64,000 bases of DNA from Candidatus Omnitrophota bacterium (GTDB taxonomy: Bacteria > Omnitrophota > Gorgyraeia > Zapsychrales > Zapsychraceae), in the NCBI GenBank assembly GCA_029261065.1, contig JAJDCB010000019.1:11659-75658 (forward strand). The letters are read 5' to 3'. Positions 29,102-38,383 of the stretch are shown one piece after another (position 1 is the stretch's first letter; the number at the start of each line of letters is the position of its first letter). Below the pieces are notes generated by a model. That model ran no database searches. It had not been told where the DNA came from and saw nothing but the letters and a program-made list of their open reading frames with translations. Both the position numbers and the translations under genes were made by a program.

Positions 29102-29257
29102 CTACTGTTGTGCTTCATCAACTAACATAATTGGCACACCGTCCCGAACGGGATATTTCCGTCCACACTGTTGGCACACAATTTTTTCATCGCTAAATTC
29201 AACGCTCCCCTGACAGGCAGGGCAAGCTAAAATCTTTAACAGATCGTCATCGATCAT
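29102..29257 (-). CDS. Trm112/YcaR-family zinc-ribbon protein (51 aa)
   Basis: Not in ORF track; MIDDDLLKILACPACQGSV...CQQCGRKYPVRDGVPIMLVDEA; ATGA overlap with the upstream gene. Confidence 0.88.
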   Translation of the reverse strand: MIDDDLLKILACPACQGSVEFSDEKIVCQQCGRKYPVRDGVPIMLVDEAQQ

Positions 29258-29715
29258 GAGGGCGTTTCCTCTTGAGGTTCTGATACTTGGTTTTCTGTCT
29301 GTTCCACATACTTCACCTGAAGTTCATAGATCGTGCTATTTAGCATATCATCTTCTTTTTTGGATAAATTCCCTTTCGTTTTTTCACGAATGAGAACTAA
29401 TGTATCAACCAAAAATTTAGCTTGTTCCAAGTTTTTCTCAATCTGATTTGTCATGGGGTGGGCGACCTCACCTAAAAAAATCATAGATTGATATCCTAAG
29501 CTTGCCACATAATTAAGGAAATTCAATTCCATCTCTGACCCTTCTGAACCTTCAGAAGGCTCTGTTGAAGATGCCGCATCATCTGGTTTATCACTACTTT
29601 CGACATTATCTTTCGAATCCACCTTACCAGAATCCTCGTTTAACTTTGCCAAACGCTCTTTATCTTCCGCAGCTGATTCCTTCCAATCTTCATCTACATA
29701 TTTTTCTTTGTCCAT
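29254..29715 (-). CDS. DUF1844-family protein
   Basis: VDEDWK acidic N-terminus; LEQAKFLVDTL..IREKTKGNL...E...L...YELQ. Confidence 0.8.
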   Translation of the reverse strand: MDKEKYVDEDWKESAAEDKERLAKLNEDSGKVDSKDNVESSDKPDDAASSTEPSEGSEGSEMELNFLNYVASLGYQSMIFLGEVAHPMTNQIEKNLEQAKFLVDTLVLIREKTKGNLSKKEDDMLNSTIYELQVKYVEQTENQVSEPQEETPS

Positions 29716-29843
29716 AATAAGTCCCTTTACAAATTAACCGTTAATAATGTTCTTTCCTGTAACACTGATCAAATACAATGCGGCTAGGAGAGTTCTTATT
29801 TTACAAATTCTTTTAAAGCCATTTCTCTCAAAAGAAGCCCCCT

Positions 29844-29872
29844 AGAATATCATCTAACAATTTTGTTGTCAA
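29844..29872 (-). promoter_or_regulatory. Sigma70-type promoter for the DUF1844-Trm112-aroQ-efp-acc operon
   Basis: TTGACA-N17-TATTCT with TGn extension. Confidence 0.65.
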
Positions 29873-29899
29873 TCACAGGCCACAAACATCTCAGCAGCT

Positions 29900-30589
29900 C
29901 TAATCCTTAAAAGATATCAACAAATTAAACGTAAATTCCGGATAATCAAAGCCCTTGGGAAACGGAGGAAATGGACTTGATTCTTTAACACTTCGAACAG
30001 CAACCTTTCTTAAATATTCATTAGAATGCGTCTTCTCCTCCAACACACGAACATCTTTAACACGACCATTTGAAGTTAACAAAAACGTCAGATAAACCTC
30101 TCCTATCTGGAAATCCGGATGATCAATATAATTATAGGCTCGCTGTCGAATTTTCTGCCGCATACTTTGATTGTAACTAAGATATTGAGGGTTTGTAATC
30201 TTCTCAGATTTAACCATGGTCATCGAAATCTTGCGATTTAAGTCCAAGGTCTTTATTTTGGGAGGAATTTTCCGACCCAATTTTATGGGTTGAGGCTTTT
30301 TAGATATGCTTTTTAAAGCCCCACCTGCAATGGGCAAAGAATCCGTCTTTTTTGTTAACACTTTGACATTTTTAGGTAATTCGGGTTCTTTAATAAACTT
30401 TAAGTTTTTAGCCGGAAGATCTTGTCTTTTTGCCTTCACTGTTTGTATTTTCTGATAAGTAACCTCAAGGCGTTTGGCTTGCTTAGGAGGTGGCTTTGAT
30501 TTTCTAGCATTTAAAGAAAACACAACGCCCGCGTGAATTAAAGCTGATAGCAAAAGAGAGAAATAAAACAGTTTATTATTCATAAACAA
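29900..30589 (-). CDS. TonB/TolA-like protein
   Basis: TM SxxxH motif (SALIH), Pro/Lys-rich linker, C-terminal G.V.L.F....G...S.PFPPFP. Confidence 0.75.
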   Translation of the reverse strand: MFMNNKLFYFSLLLSALIHAGVVFSLNARKSKPPPKQAKRLEVTYQKIQTVKAKRQDLPAKNLKFIKEPELPKNVKVLTKKTDSLPIAGGALKSISKKPQPIKLGRKIPPKIKTLDLNRKISMTMVKSEKITNPQYLSYNQSMRQKIRQRAYNYIDHPDFQIGEVYLTFLLTSNGRVKDVRVLEEKTHSNEYLRKVAVRSVKESSPFPPFPKGFDYPEFTFNLLISFKD

Positions 30590-30616
30590 ATCTTATTAGC
30601 AGGAAGGGTCTGTAAA

Positions 30617-31285
30617 TTATTTTTTTGTAAATAACTCTTTAAAAAAATAAGAAAAAAACCGAATGGTATCTCCCATTGGATTAATCTTACTTTCTTCATC
30701 TTCATAAATTGTTTGAATAGGCACAGAAAAAATATTATGTTTTCTCTTCGCGGCCTTCATTAAAATTTCTGTTTCAATCTCAAAGCCTGTACACGAAGGA
30801 TTAATATCCTTTAAAACCTTCATACCGATGTATCTAAATCCACATTGAGAATCAGGAATACTTTGTCCCGTCGCTAAAGATATAATAAAAGACATAAATT
30901 TATTCGTCAAATACCTAACAAGGGGCATCCCCTTAGAGCTTGTCATTCTATTTCCGTTAATAACCGAATGAGGATATTTTTGAGATTTTTCTATAAACGC
31001 CTTTAGATCAGTTGCCGCATGCTGGCCATCTCCATCCATCGTTATAACCGCATCATACCCTTTATTTTGAATATAATTAAATCCATATTGTAGAGAGAAA
31101 CCTTTACCATTTTTTTGTCCATGTCTAAGAACTGTGGCCCCTTCTTTTTTTGCAATACTCTCTGAATCATCGTCAGATCCGTCATCAACAACAACGACAT
31201 CAAGCCCTAACGATGTAATAGACTTAACCACACGACCAATGGCTTTTGCCTCATTATATACTGGAATAAGCACACAAATATTCAT
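30617..31285 (-). CDS. GT2 glycosyltransferase (polyprenol-phosphate glycosyltransferase-like)
   Basis: IPVYNE, VDDGS, GKG, MDGDGQH, DSQCGFR, FEIETE. Confidence 0.9.
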   Translation of the reverse strand: MNICVLIPVYNEAKAIGRVVKSITSLGLDVVVVDDGSDDDSESIAKKEGATVLRHGQKNGKGFSLQYGFNYIQNKGYDAVITMDGDGQHAATDLKAFIEKSQKYPHSVINGNRMTSSKGMPLVRYLTNKFMSFIISLATGQSIPDSQCGFRYIGMKVLKDINPSCTGFEIETEILMKAAKRKHNIFSVPIQTIYEDEESKINPMGDTIRFFSYFFKELFTKK

Positions 31286-32145
31286 TAGACTCCAAACTCC
31301 CTAAACATGAGCCATTGAGATGGATATTGACGAATGATATTTTCAATAATCTCGGTATGTTTTTTCATGATTTTAAGTATAGCATGCCTTTCATCCATTT
31401 TGTCATCAATAATAGGAGGATAAATGGGTTCTTGTATCTTTAATACAAATTTATTAAAACCGTTTCGAATCAAAAATGTTGGAATAATAGCAGCACCTGT
31501 TTTGAGTGAGAACATCGCCGTGCCTTTAGGGATAAGGGTTTTTTGACCAAAAAAATCTAACTCTTCTCCATTTTCAGTAAAATCTCGATCGGCAACAAGT
31601 GCAACAAGTTTATTATCTCTTAAACGCTTTACACACCGTTTAACAGCAACATTACTTTGAACAACAATATTACCTTGAGATTCACGCTGACGATTAAAAA
31701 AATCATTAACGTCTCTTTGCTGATGAGGTAGAGCAACCGCCATAACAGGAAACCCAAGATGACTTAATACTGAGGCTCCAAGCTCCCAATTGCCAATATG
31801 CGCGGTCATAATAATTCCCCCACGACCTTTGTCTAATACCGACTGAATGATATCCACATTCTCTAAATCAATATTCTCGCGAATATAGTCCTGATCAAGA
31901 TGACGTTCCATACGAAAAAATTCAATGAGATATTTTCCAAAGTTTCGAAGCACTTCTCGACTTTGCTGAAGCGAAGGTTCACCCGAAGCTACTATTTTTT
32001 GAAGATTGTTATGAATGGATTGTTTATCAATACGAGAGAAAGCAAATTGAATATCTGAAATTGTTTGAGCTATAGCATACGATACTTTTAAGGGTAAGAA
32101 ATTGACAAGACTATATGTCAATCTAAATAGAAAATACTTAAACAT
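31285..32145 (-). CDS. LpxL/PatA-family acyltransferase
   Basis: AHIGNWE, ALVADRD, FFG, YPSQWLMF. Confidence 0.85.
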   Translation of the reverse strand: MFKYFLFRLTYSLVNFLPLKVSYAIAQTISDIQFAFSRIDKQSIHNNLQKIVASGEPSLQQSREVLRNFGKYLIEFFRMERHLDQDYIRENIDLENVDIIQSVLDKGRGGIIMTAHIGNWELGASVLSHLGFPVMAVALPHQQRDVNDFFNRQRESQGNIVVQSNVAVKRCVKRLRDNKLVALVADRDFTENGEELDFFGQKTLIPKGTAMFSLKTGAAIIPTFLIRNGFNKFVLKIQEPIYPPIIDDKMDERHAILKIMKKHTEIIENIIRQYPSQWLMFREFGV

Positions 32146-33313
32146 AAGACTCTAGGTGTTTATCATATTCTTGTACCATATCATCCGTTTCATCATCAGA
32201 ACCAATAATCAATTTTGCAATGTTTAATGCGGCGTATGGTTTAGCATTTTCATAAGCCGCTTTACTCATAGCGGCCAACCGTTCAGGAGATTTAAGTAAT
32301 ATCTCAACCTCCTCTCCTATGTCGCTTGTATCATCAATACGAATACTAATACCTTTCTTGATCAAGAAATCTGTATTACGCATCTCTTGACCAGGAATAG
32401 GATTGATAATGACCATCGGCAACCCTTTTGCAATCGATTCACTCGTTGTCATACCACCTGGCTTACTAATAATGAGCGTGGCTAATTCCATTAATTCATC
32501 AACGTTATTAGCAAATTCAAAAATACATATATTTTTATCAGATTTTTTAGCTCTTCTTTTTAAACTATTAACAAGCTTCTTATTCGTCCCCACAAGCGCA
32601 ATAATCTGAAAATCCATCTTTACTTTAATAAGAGATTCCATAATTTTTTTAATAGGACCCAAACCTTGTCCCCCTCCCATAATGAGGATTGTTGGGACAT
32701 CTGCTTTAAACCCTAATTTCTCAGCAATAGGTTTTTTGTCTAATTGCGTTGCAAACTTCGATCGCATCGGTATTCCATAAACTTTAATTTTATCAGCCCC
32801 AATTCCTTTTTTGATAAAACGCTCTTTCGCCTCGATGGATGGTACGACATAATAGTCAATTCCCTCATTGATCCAAAACGAATGTGGGGCAAAATCTGTT
32901 AATACGCCAACAAGCTTCGTATCAAGTTTATTTTCGATCTTATAATCAGCAACCATGCCACAAGGAAAGGCTTGGGTACACACGACGGTATCAGGACGAT
33001 ATCGCTTAAAAAGCTTATCTAACTTTTTATGACTTGTTTTGTGAAGAAATTTTTTAATGGATTGTGATCTTTTGACAATTTTAGGATTATCATACATATA
33101 ATCCCACACCTTAGGCGTTGTGTGAATAACACTCATGTAGGCTTGATTAACAACCTTCTCTAACAAAGGATAGGTGTACCCAAAACCATTGACCGTAGGG
33201 GCCTCAACTTGAGGGTCAAGTTGACGAAGGGATTTCTGAATAGCCACTGTTGCTTGCCTGTGCCCAGAGACCTTAGTGATATACATTAACAATATACGAC
33301 GTTTATCATCCAC
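32138..33313 (-). CDS. GT28 MGDG-synthase/UgtP-like glycosyltransferase
   Basis: SGHRQA, CTQAFP, LTDF..H..W, GIP, MGGGQG, SKPGGMTTSE, PIPGQE..N. Confidence 0.88.
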   Translation of the reverse strand: MDDKRRILLMYITKVSGHRQATVAIQKSLRQLDPQVEAPTVNGFGYTYPLLEKVVNQAYMSVIHTTPKVWDYMYDNPKIVKRSQSIKKFLHKTSHKKLDKLFKRYRPDTVVCTQAFPCGMVADYKIENKLDTKLVGVLTDFAPHSFWINEGIDYYVVPSIEAKERFIKKGIGADKIKVYGIPMRSKFATQLDKKPIAEKLGFKADVPTILIMGGGQGLGPIKKIMESLIKVKMDFQIIALVGTNKKLVNSLKRRAKKSDKNICIFEFANNVDELMELATLIISKPGGMTTSESIAKGLPMVIINPIPGQEMRNTDFLIKKGISIRIDDTSDIGEEVEILLKSPERLAAMSKAAYENAKPYAALNIAKLIIGSDDETDDMVQEYDKHLESYV

Positions 33314-33347
33314 ACTTAAATCCTTATCATTTCTTCAAAAAACTAAT

Positions 33348-33593
33348 TTAAGAAGCAGCGCTATCAATCAATCCAATAGCATCCCCTATAGCTGCCTCTC
33401 CACCATCTTTAATCAAAATATTTTTTATGATACCATCTGCGGGCGCGGAAACATTGAATGTGGCTTTGTCCGTTACAATCTCAGCGACATCATCTTCTTT
33501 TTTGACGGTATCTCCTTCTTTAACGTGCCAACAAGCAATCGTAACTTTATCAATACCCTCACCTAATTCTGGAACCAATACTTTTTGTGTCAT
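33348..33593 (-). CDS. Stand-alone lipoyl-carrier domain protein
   Basis: PELGE, WHVKEGD.V, EIVTDKA (lipoyl Lys), APADG; only 81 aa. Confidence 0.88.
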   Translation of the reverse strand: MTQKVLVPELGEGIDKVTIACWHVKEGDTVKKEDDVAEIVTDKATFNVSAPADGIIKNILIKDGGEAAIGDAIGLIDSAAS

Positions 33594-33595
33594 AA

Positions 33596-34261
33596 TTAAT
33601 CCTTATAATCTAATTGAAAATGGCGCTTAAAGATAGCTTTAACTTGGCTTTTGACCTTATCCATCTCCTGCTCCACACCTTTAATCCGTGCTATTGAACT
33701 CATAGCAACATTTAATCCACAAGGTTTTATCAATTTAAAATGATTTAGATCCGTGTTTACATTAATGCCAATGCCATGAAAAGAAATCCACTTCTTAACA
33801 CCAATACCTACCGAGACAATCTTATCCTTTTTAACCCAGACTCCTGTCTGAGAAGAAATTCTATTAGCCAATATACCAAACTCACTTAATAAATCAATGG
33901 CAACTTGCTCTAATTGATGCAAATAAGCCCTTAAATCTTTTCCATAATGATTTAAATTGAAAATAGGATAAACAACCAATTGTCCAGGACAATGCAATGT
34001 AATATCTCCGCCTCGATCAATAGAAAGGACGTCTACCCCCTGCTCATCTAACTGATCTTGGCTAACTAAGAGATGCTCCCTCTTTGACATACGCCCCAAC
34101 GTAATAACAAGAGGATGTTCACACAGCAGTAACGTTTGAGGTTCACCTTTAAGAAGGCCACTCACACAACGCATCTGTACATCATAAGCCGATTGATAGG
34201 AGATAACGCCTAAATCGTTGATAACGCAACTATGATTCTGAGTTTGAACATCCAACGCCAT
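33596..34261 (-). CDS. lipB: Lipoyl(octanoyl) transferase
   Basis: CEH.LV.TLGR, RGGDITLHCPGQLVVY, GVW, KIVSVG, FHG, I.PCG. Confidence 0.93.
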   Translation of the reverse strand: MALDVQTQNHSCVINDLGVISYQSAYDVQMRCVSGLLKGEPQTLLLCEHPLVITLGRMSKREHLLVSQDQLDEQGVDVLSIDRGGDITLHCPGQLVVYPIFNLNHYGKDLRAYLHQLEQVAIDLLSEFGILANRISSQTGVWVKKDKIVSVGIGVKKWISFHGIGINVNTDLNHFKLIKPCGLNVAMSSIARIKGVEQEMDKVKSQVKAIFKRHFQLDYKD

Positions 34262-34291
34262 AATTCCTCACAAATGTTAATACCATAAACT

Positions 34292-34332
34292 GGAAACCCC
34301 GCGCCAAAACGAATGATTGGAACGGGGTGACC
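34292..34332. repeat. GC-rich REP-like hairpin between icd and lipB
   Basis: accccg-cg-ccaa...ttgg-aa-cggggt. Confidence 0.5.
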
Positions 34333-34354
34333 TTTGACAACTTATAAACTTTAA

Positions 34355-35437
34355 TTATTTTAATTTCTCACAAATCGCATCACCCATCTGTGTTGTTGTT
34401 GCTGCAGATGAATCTTCACGATCTTCTTTTAAATCATAAGTAACGTGCTTACCTTCTTTTAATACCGCTTGGACGGCTGCTTCCAAACGATCAGCAGCAT
34501 CTGTTTCTCTTAAATGTCTTAACATAAGAACAGCTGACAAAAGGGTAGCTGTTGGATTACATTTATCTTGTCCGGCATATTTAGGAGCTGAACCATGTAC
34601 AGGTTCAAACAGCGCAACTTCATCTCCAATATTTGCCCCAGGAGCAATCCCTAATCCTCCGACGAGACCAGCACACAAATCAGAAACAAGATCGCCATAA
34701 AGATTCGGCATAACCAAAACATCAAAATGATCTGGCCGCTGAACAAGTTGCATACATAAGTTATCGACAATACATTCTCTGATAATAAGCTTATCTTCAT
34801 AAGCTTTCATAATTTCCATTCCCTCTTTTAGAAACAAACCATCTGTATACTTCATGATATTGGCTTTATGAACAATCGTCACTTTTTTACGATTATTCTT
34901 AATGGCATATTCACATGCCGCTTTAACAATTCGTTTTGTTGCTGAAATAGAAATCGGTTTAATCGAAATTCCAGCATCATCTTTGATTTGTCTTTTTTGA
35001 ATACCATTAATTTCTTTTATAATTTTTAAACACTCATCACTACCTTGTTCAAACTCAATACCAGCATACAAATCTTCCGTATTCTCACGAAATAACACAA
35101 TATCGACTTTATCCGCTTTTGTTTTTGTTCCTTCATAACATTTCGAAGGTCGGACACAAGCAAATAAATCTAACTCTTGACGAAGAAGAACATTAACAGA
35201 TCTAAAACCTGTTCCAACTGGAGTTACAATTGGACCTTTGATAGCGACTTTATTTTTTCGAATAGAATCCAAAACATGATCCGGCATAGGCGTTCCATGT
35301 TCTTTCATCGAATGCTCACCAACCTCAAGCACTTCCCAATTGATATCGACACCTGTAGCATCCACACATTTTCTCATCGCACTAGTTACCTCAGGGCCTA
35401 TACCATCCCCTGGGAGTAGAGTCACATTATGAGCCAT
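34355..35437 (-). CDS. icd: Isocitrate/isopropylmalate dehydrogenase family (probable isocitrate dehydrogenase)
   Basis: PGDGIGPE, GFRSVNV.LR, RENTEDLY, HKANIMK, NLYGD, FEPVHGSAP. Confidence 0.8.
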   Translation of the reverse strand: MAHNVTLLPGDGIGPEVTSAMRKCVDATGVDINWEVLEVGEHSMKEHGTPMPDHVLDSIRKNKVAIKGPIVTPVGTGFRSVNVLLRQELDLFACVRPSKCYEGTKTKADKVDIVLFRENTEDLYAGIEFEQGSDECLKIIKEINGIQKRQIKDDAGISIKPISISATKRIVKAACEYAIKNNRKKVTIVHKANIMKYTDGLFLKEGMEIMKAYEDKLIIRECIVDNLCMQLVQRPDHFDVLVMPNLYGDLVSDLCAGLVGGLGIAPGANIGDEVALFEPVHGSAPKYAGQDKCNPTATLLSAVLMLRHLRETDAADRLEAAVQAVLKEGKHVTYDLKEDREDSSAATTTQMGDAICEKLK

Positions 35438-35458
35438 TACTATCTCCTTACTTTAAAA

Positions 35459-36523
35459 TTAATAATCTTTATCATTTAAGAGTTGCTGAAATTCTTCGTG
35501 GTTTTTCACCTGAGCATACGCATCCTCATACGTGATAAGGCCTTCTTCATATAAAATCTTAAGAGACATATCCATCGTATGCATACCGTATTGAATTCCC
35601 GTTTGAATTGAGGTGGGCATTTGTTCAATAGCTTGTTCGCGGATAAGGTTACGAACCGCTGGTGTCGCAACTAATACCTCAGATGCCATGACACGACCTT
35701 CGCCACTCGCTCGAGGAAGAAGCGTTTGTGAAACAACCCCTTGTAAAGATGCGGATAACTGTAAACGCACCTGTTGTTGCTGATGGGAAGGAAAAACATC
35801 AATAATTCTTTCAATAGTTTGAGCAGCATCTGGTGTATGCAGTGTTGCTAAAACCAAATGGCCTGTTTCTGCAGCCGTTAAAGCGGTTGCAATCGTCTCT
35901 AAATCTCTCATCTCACCAACAACGATAACATCTGGATCTTGACGAAGACATCGTTTCAGAGCTTCTGAAAATCCATGAGTGTCACTAAAAACTTCTCGCT
36001 GTTTAATAACTGATTTTTTATTAACATGAACATACTCAATCGGGTCTTCAATTAACATAATCATACAGGCACGCTCTTCATTGATTAAATTAATCATAGA
36101 AGCTAACGTCGTTGTTTTACCAGACCCGGTAGGACCCGTAATTAAAACGAGGCCACTAGGTTTTCTAGCAAACTCTGTAATGATAGGCGGAAGACCAAGT
36201 TCATCCATGTTTGGGATGTATATAGGAATACGTCGAAAGGCAGCCTCAACAGATCCACGCTGCATGTGAACATTAACGCGGAAACGTTCCATATCTTCTA
36301 AGGCCAATGAAAAATCTAATTCAAGGTCCGATTCAAACTTTTCTTTCTGCGCATCTGATAGAAGGCCATAAATAGATTTTTTTAATTCTTCTTTAGTGAG
36401 AGGTTTGTGATCTGTAAATACTAAACGACCATCAATCCTTAATACGGGAGGGCTATCTTCCGTGAGGTGTAAATCTGATGCCTTGCTTTGAATAGCAAGT
36501 TTGAGTAATTCCTGTAATTCCAA
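35459..36523 (-). CDS. pilT: Type IV pilus retraction ATPase
   Basis: ASDLHL, GPTGSGKTT, EDPIE, LRQDPD, GHLVLATLH, AVRNLIRE. Confidence 0.92.
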   Translation of the reverse strand: MELQELLKLAIQSKASDLHLTEDSPPVLRIDGRLVFTDHKPLTKEELKKSIYGLLSDAQKEKFESDLELDFSLALEDMERFRVNVHMQRGSVEAAFRRIPIYIPNMDELGLPPIITEFARKPSGLVLITGPTGSGKTTTLASMINLINEERACMIMLIEDPIEYVHVNKKSVIKQREVFSDTHGFSEALKRCLRQDPDVIVVGEMRDLETIATALTAAETGHLVLATLHTPDAAQTIERIIDVFPSHQQQQVRLQLSASLQGVVSQTLLPRASGEGRVMASEVLVATPAVRNLIREQAIEQMPTSIQTGIQYGMHTMDMSLKILYEEGLITYEDAYAQVKNHEEFQQLLNDKDY

Positions 36524-36604
36524 CCTCGATCTCCTTCAACCAAGATAAAGTCTGAGGTTTTTTTGAAGTTCTTAATCCAATGATATGACGAAAAAGATCA
36601 ATGG

Positions 36605-37789
36605 TTATTTATTTCGATTTTTTATCCACTGGGTGATACGATCCGTTCCTTCTTTTATGCGTTCGTTGCTTGTAGCAAAGCTTAACCGCATAAAACCAGG
36701 GGCGCCAAATCCTTCTCCAGGAATCATAGCGACATTCACATCATTGAGTATTTCTTTGGCCACTTCCAGTGATTGACCTAATTTAGAAAAATCGACAAAC
36801 ATATAAAAAGCGCCTTGAGGTTTAATATAACTAACTTCCCCCACACTGTCAAATGCAGACATCATTAAATCGCGACGTACTTTAAACTTATCTCTCATAG
36901 CCAAAACCGTTTCGTTTGGCTCATTTAGCGCAGCTAAGGCAGCCGCTTGAGAAACGGAAGCAGGGTTTGAAGTAGAGTGATCTTGCAATTTTTTAACATA
37001 TCCAATAATCTCTTCATTTCCAGCACAATACCCAATTCTCCAGCCTGTCATTGAATAAGCTTTAGAAACACCATTAACCGTAATCGTTAGATCAAATATA
37101 TCTTTACCTAATGACGCTAATGACGTGTAAGTATCAGTATCATAAATCAATTTTTCATAAATTTCATCACTAATAACAAAAATATTATTCTTAACACAAA
37201 TCTCCGCAATAGGTTCAAGTTCTTCTTTAGAATATAACATCCCCGTAGGATTCGATGGAGAGTTAAGAATTAATACTTTCGTATTTTTTGTAATAGATTT
37301 GGAAAGACTATCCGCTGTAATTTTAAAACCAGTCTCAACTGTTGTTGGAATAATAGTAGATGTTCCACCAGCGATTTTAACCATTTCAGGATAGCTTACC
37401 CAATAAGGAGCTGGAATAAGAACTTCGTCGCCTTGATCAACTAGCACTTGAATCAAATTAAAAATGGTATGTTTTGCTCCACAAGAAACCGCAATCTGTG
37501 ATTGGGTATATTCCAGACCATTATCTTTTTTAAACTTCTCAACAATAGCATCTCTTAATTGAACTGTTCCGATACTAGGAGTATATTTTGTTAAACCATC
37601 TTCTAGAGATTGAATAGCCGCTTTTTTGATGGAGTCTGGTGTATCAAAATCAGGTTCACCGGCTGCAAAATTAACCACATCACAGCCCTCTGCTTTTAGT
37701 TGCTTTGCCCTTGCTGTAATTGCAAGAGTTGATGATGCTTCAATTGTCTTTATACGACTATTAATTTTTAAGTCCAAAACGTCTGCCAT
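36605..37789 (-). CDS. aspC: Class I PLP aminotransferase (aspartate aminotransferase)
   Basis: GEPDFDTP, NSPSNPTG, SDEIY, SKAYSMTGWRIG; start moved to ATG 37789. Confidence 0.9.
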   Translation of the reverse strand: MADVLDLKINSRIKTIEASSTLAITARAKQLKAEGCDVVNFAAGEPDFDTPDSIKKAAIQSLEDGLTKYTPSIGTVQLRDAIVEKFKKDNGLEYTQSQIAVSCGAKHTIFNLIQVLVDQGDEVLIPAPYWVSYPEMVKIAGGTSTIIPTTVETGFKITADSLSKSITKNTKVLILNSPSNPTGMLYSKEELEPIAEICVKNNIFVISDEIYEKLIYDTDTYTSLASLGKDIFDLTITVNGVSKAYSMTGWRIGYCAGNEEIIGYVKKLQDHSTSNPASVSQAAALAALNEPNETVLAMRDKFKVRRDLMMSAFDSVGEVSYIKPQGAFYMFVDFSKLGQSLEVAKEILNDVNVAMIPGEGFGAPGFMRLSFATSNERIKEGTDRITQWIKNRNK

Positions 37790-37790
37790 A

Positions 37791-38381
37791 TTATTGCTCC
37801 GGTGATTTTCGGTTAAACATTTTTCGTATACCACTAACGATTTTCTTACCAGATTTCCCCTTATCTTTCTGTGCGGCCTTCTCATCATAAGTCTTAACGT
37901 TTGATTTTTTCTCTTTCTTAGGAGTGGCTGGTGTTTGATCAGTTTCATCACTAGGAGCTGTTTCTGGTTTTAGATCCTCTTTTTTTGAAGAAGCAGCAGA
38001 CTTAGGTTTACTGATTATAATTTCTGTTTTTTCTGTTAGTTCAAGATACGCTAACTGGGCATTATCTCCTCTTCTTAGTCCAATAGGAATGATACGCGTA
38101 TAACCGCCTACTCTATTCGTAAAACGTGGGGCTGTATTCTTAAAAAGGTTACTGACAATTTTGTGATCACATAGAATTGCAAATGCGCGCCTTTTATCAG
38201 CCAACGTTCCCTTCTTACCCATCGTAATTAGCTTATCAACCAATTTTCGAGCTTCACGAGCCTTTGCCTTAGTTGTACATATTCTTTGGGCAATAAGAGT
38301 TGCTTTGGCAATATCTCTTACCGTGGCTTTTCGAAGAGAAGAATTTCTTCCTAATTTATTTCCAGCTATTTTATGTCGCAT
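37791..38381 (-). CDS. rplQ: 50S ribosomal protein L17 with long C-terminal extension
   Basis: MRH..., TTKAKA, GGYTRI, RRGDNA. Confidence 0.95.
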   Translation of the reverse strand: MRHKIAGNKLGRNSSLRKATVRDIAKATLIAQRICTTKAKAREARKLVDKLITMGKKGTLADKRRAFAILCDHKIVSNLFKNTAPRFTNRVGGYTRIIPIGLRRGDNAQLAYLELTEKTEIIISKPKSAASSKKEDLKPETAPSDETDQTPATPKKEKKSNVKTYDEKAAQKDKGKSGKKIVSGIRKMFNRKSPEQ

Positions 38382-38383
38382 TA

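Noticed and set aside
29784-29845. Imperfect inverted repeat in the DUF1844 leader as a riboswitch
   Set aside because: One arm overlaps the predicted -10 box and would mostly not be transcribed; no known aptamer consensus.
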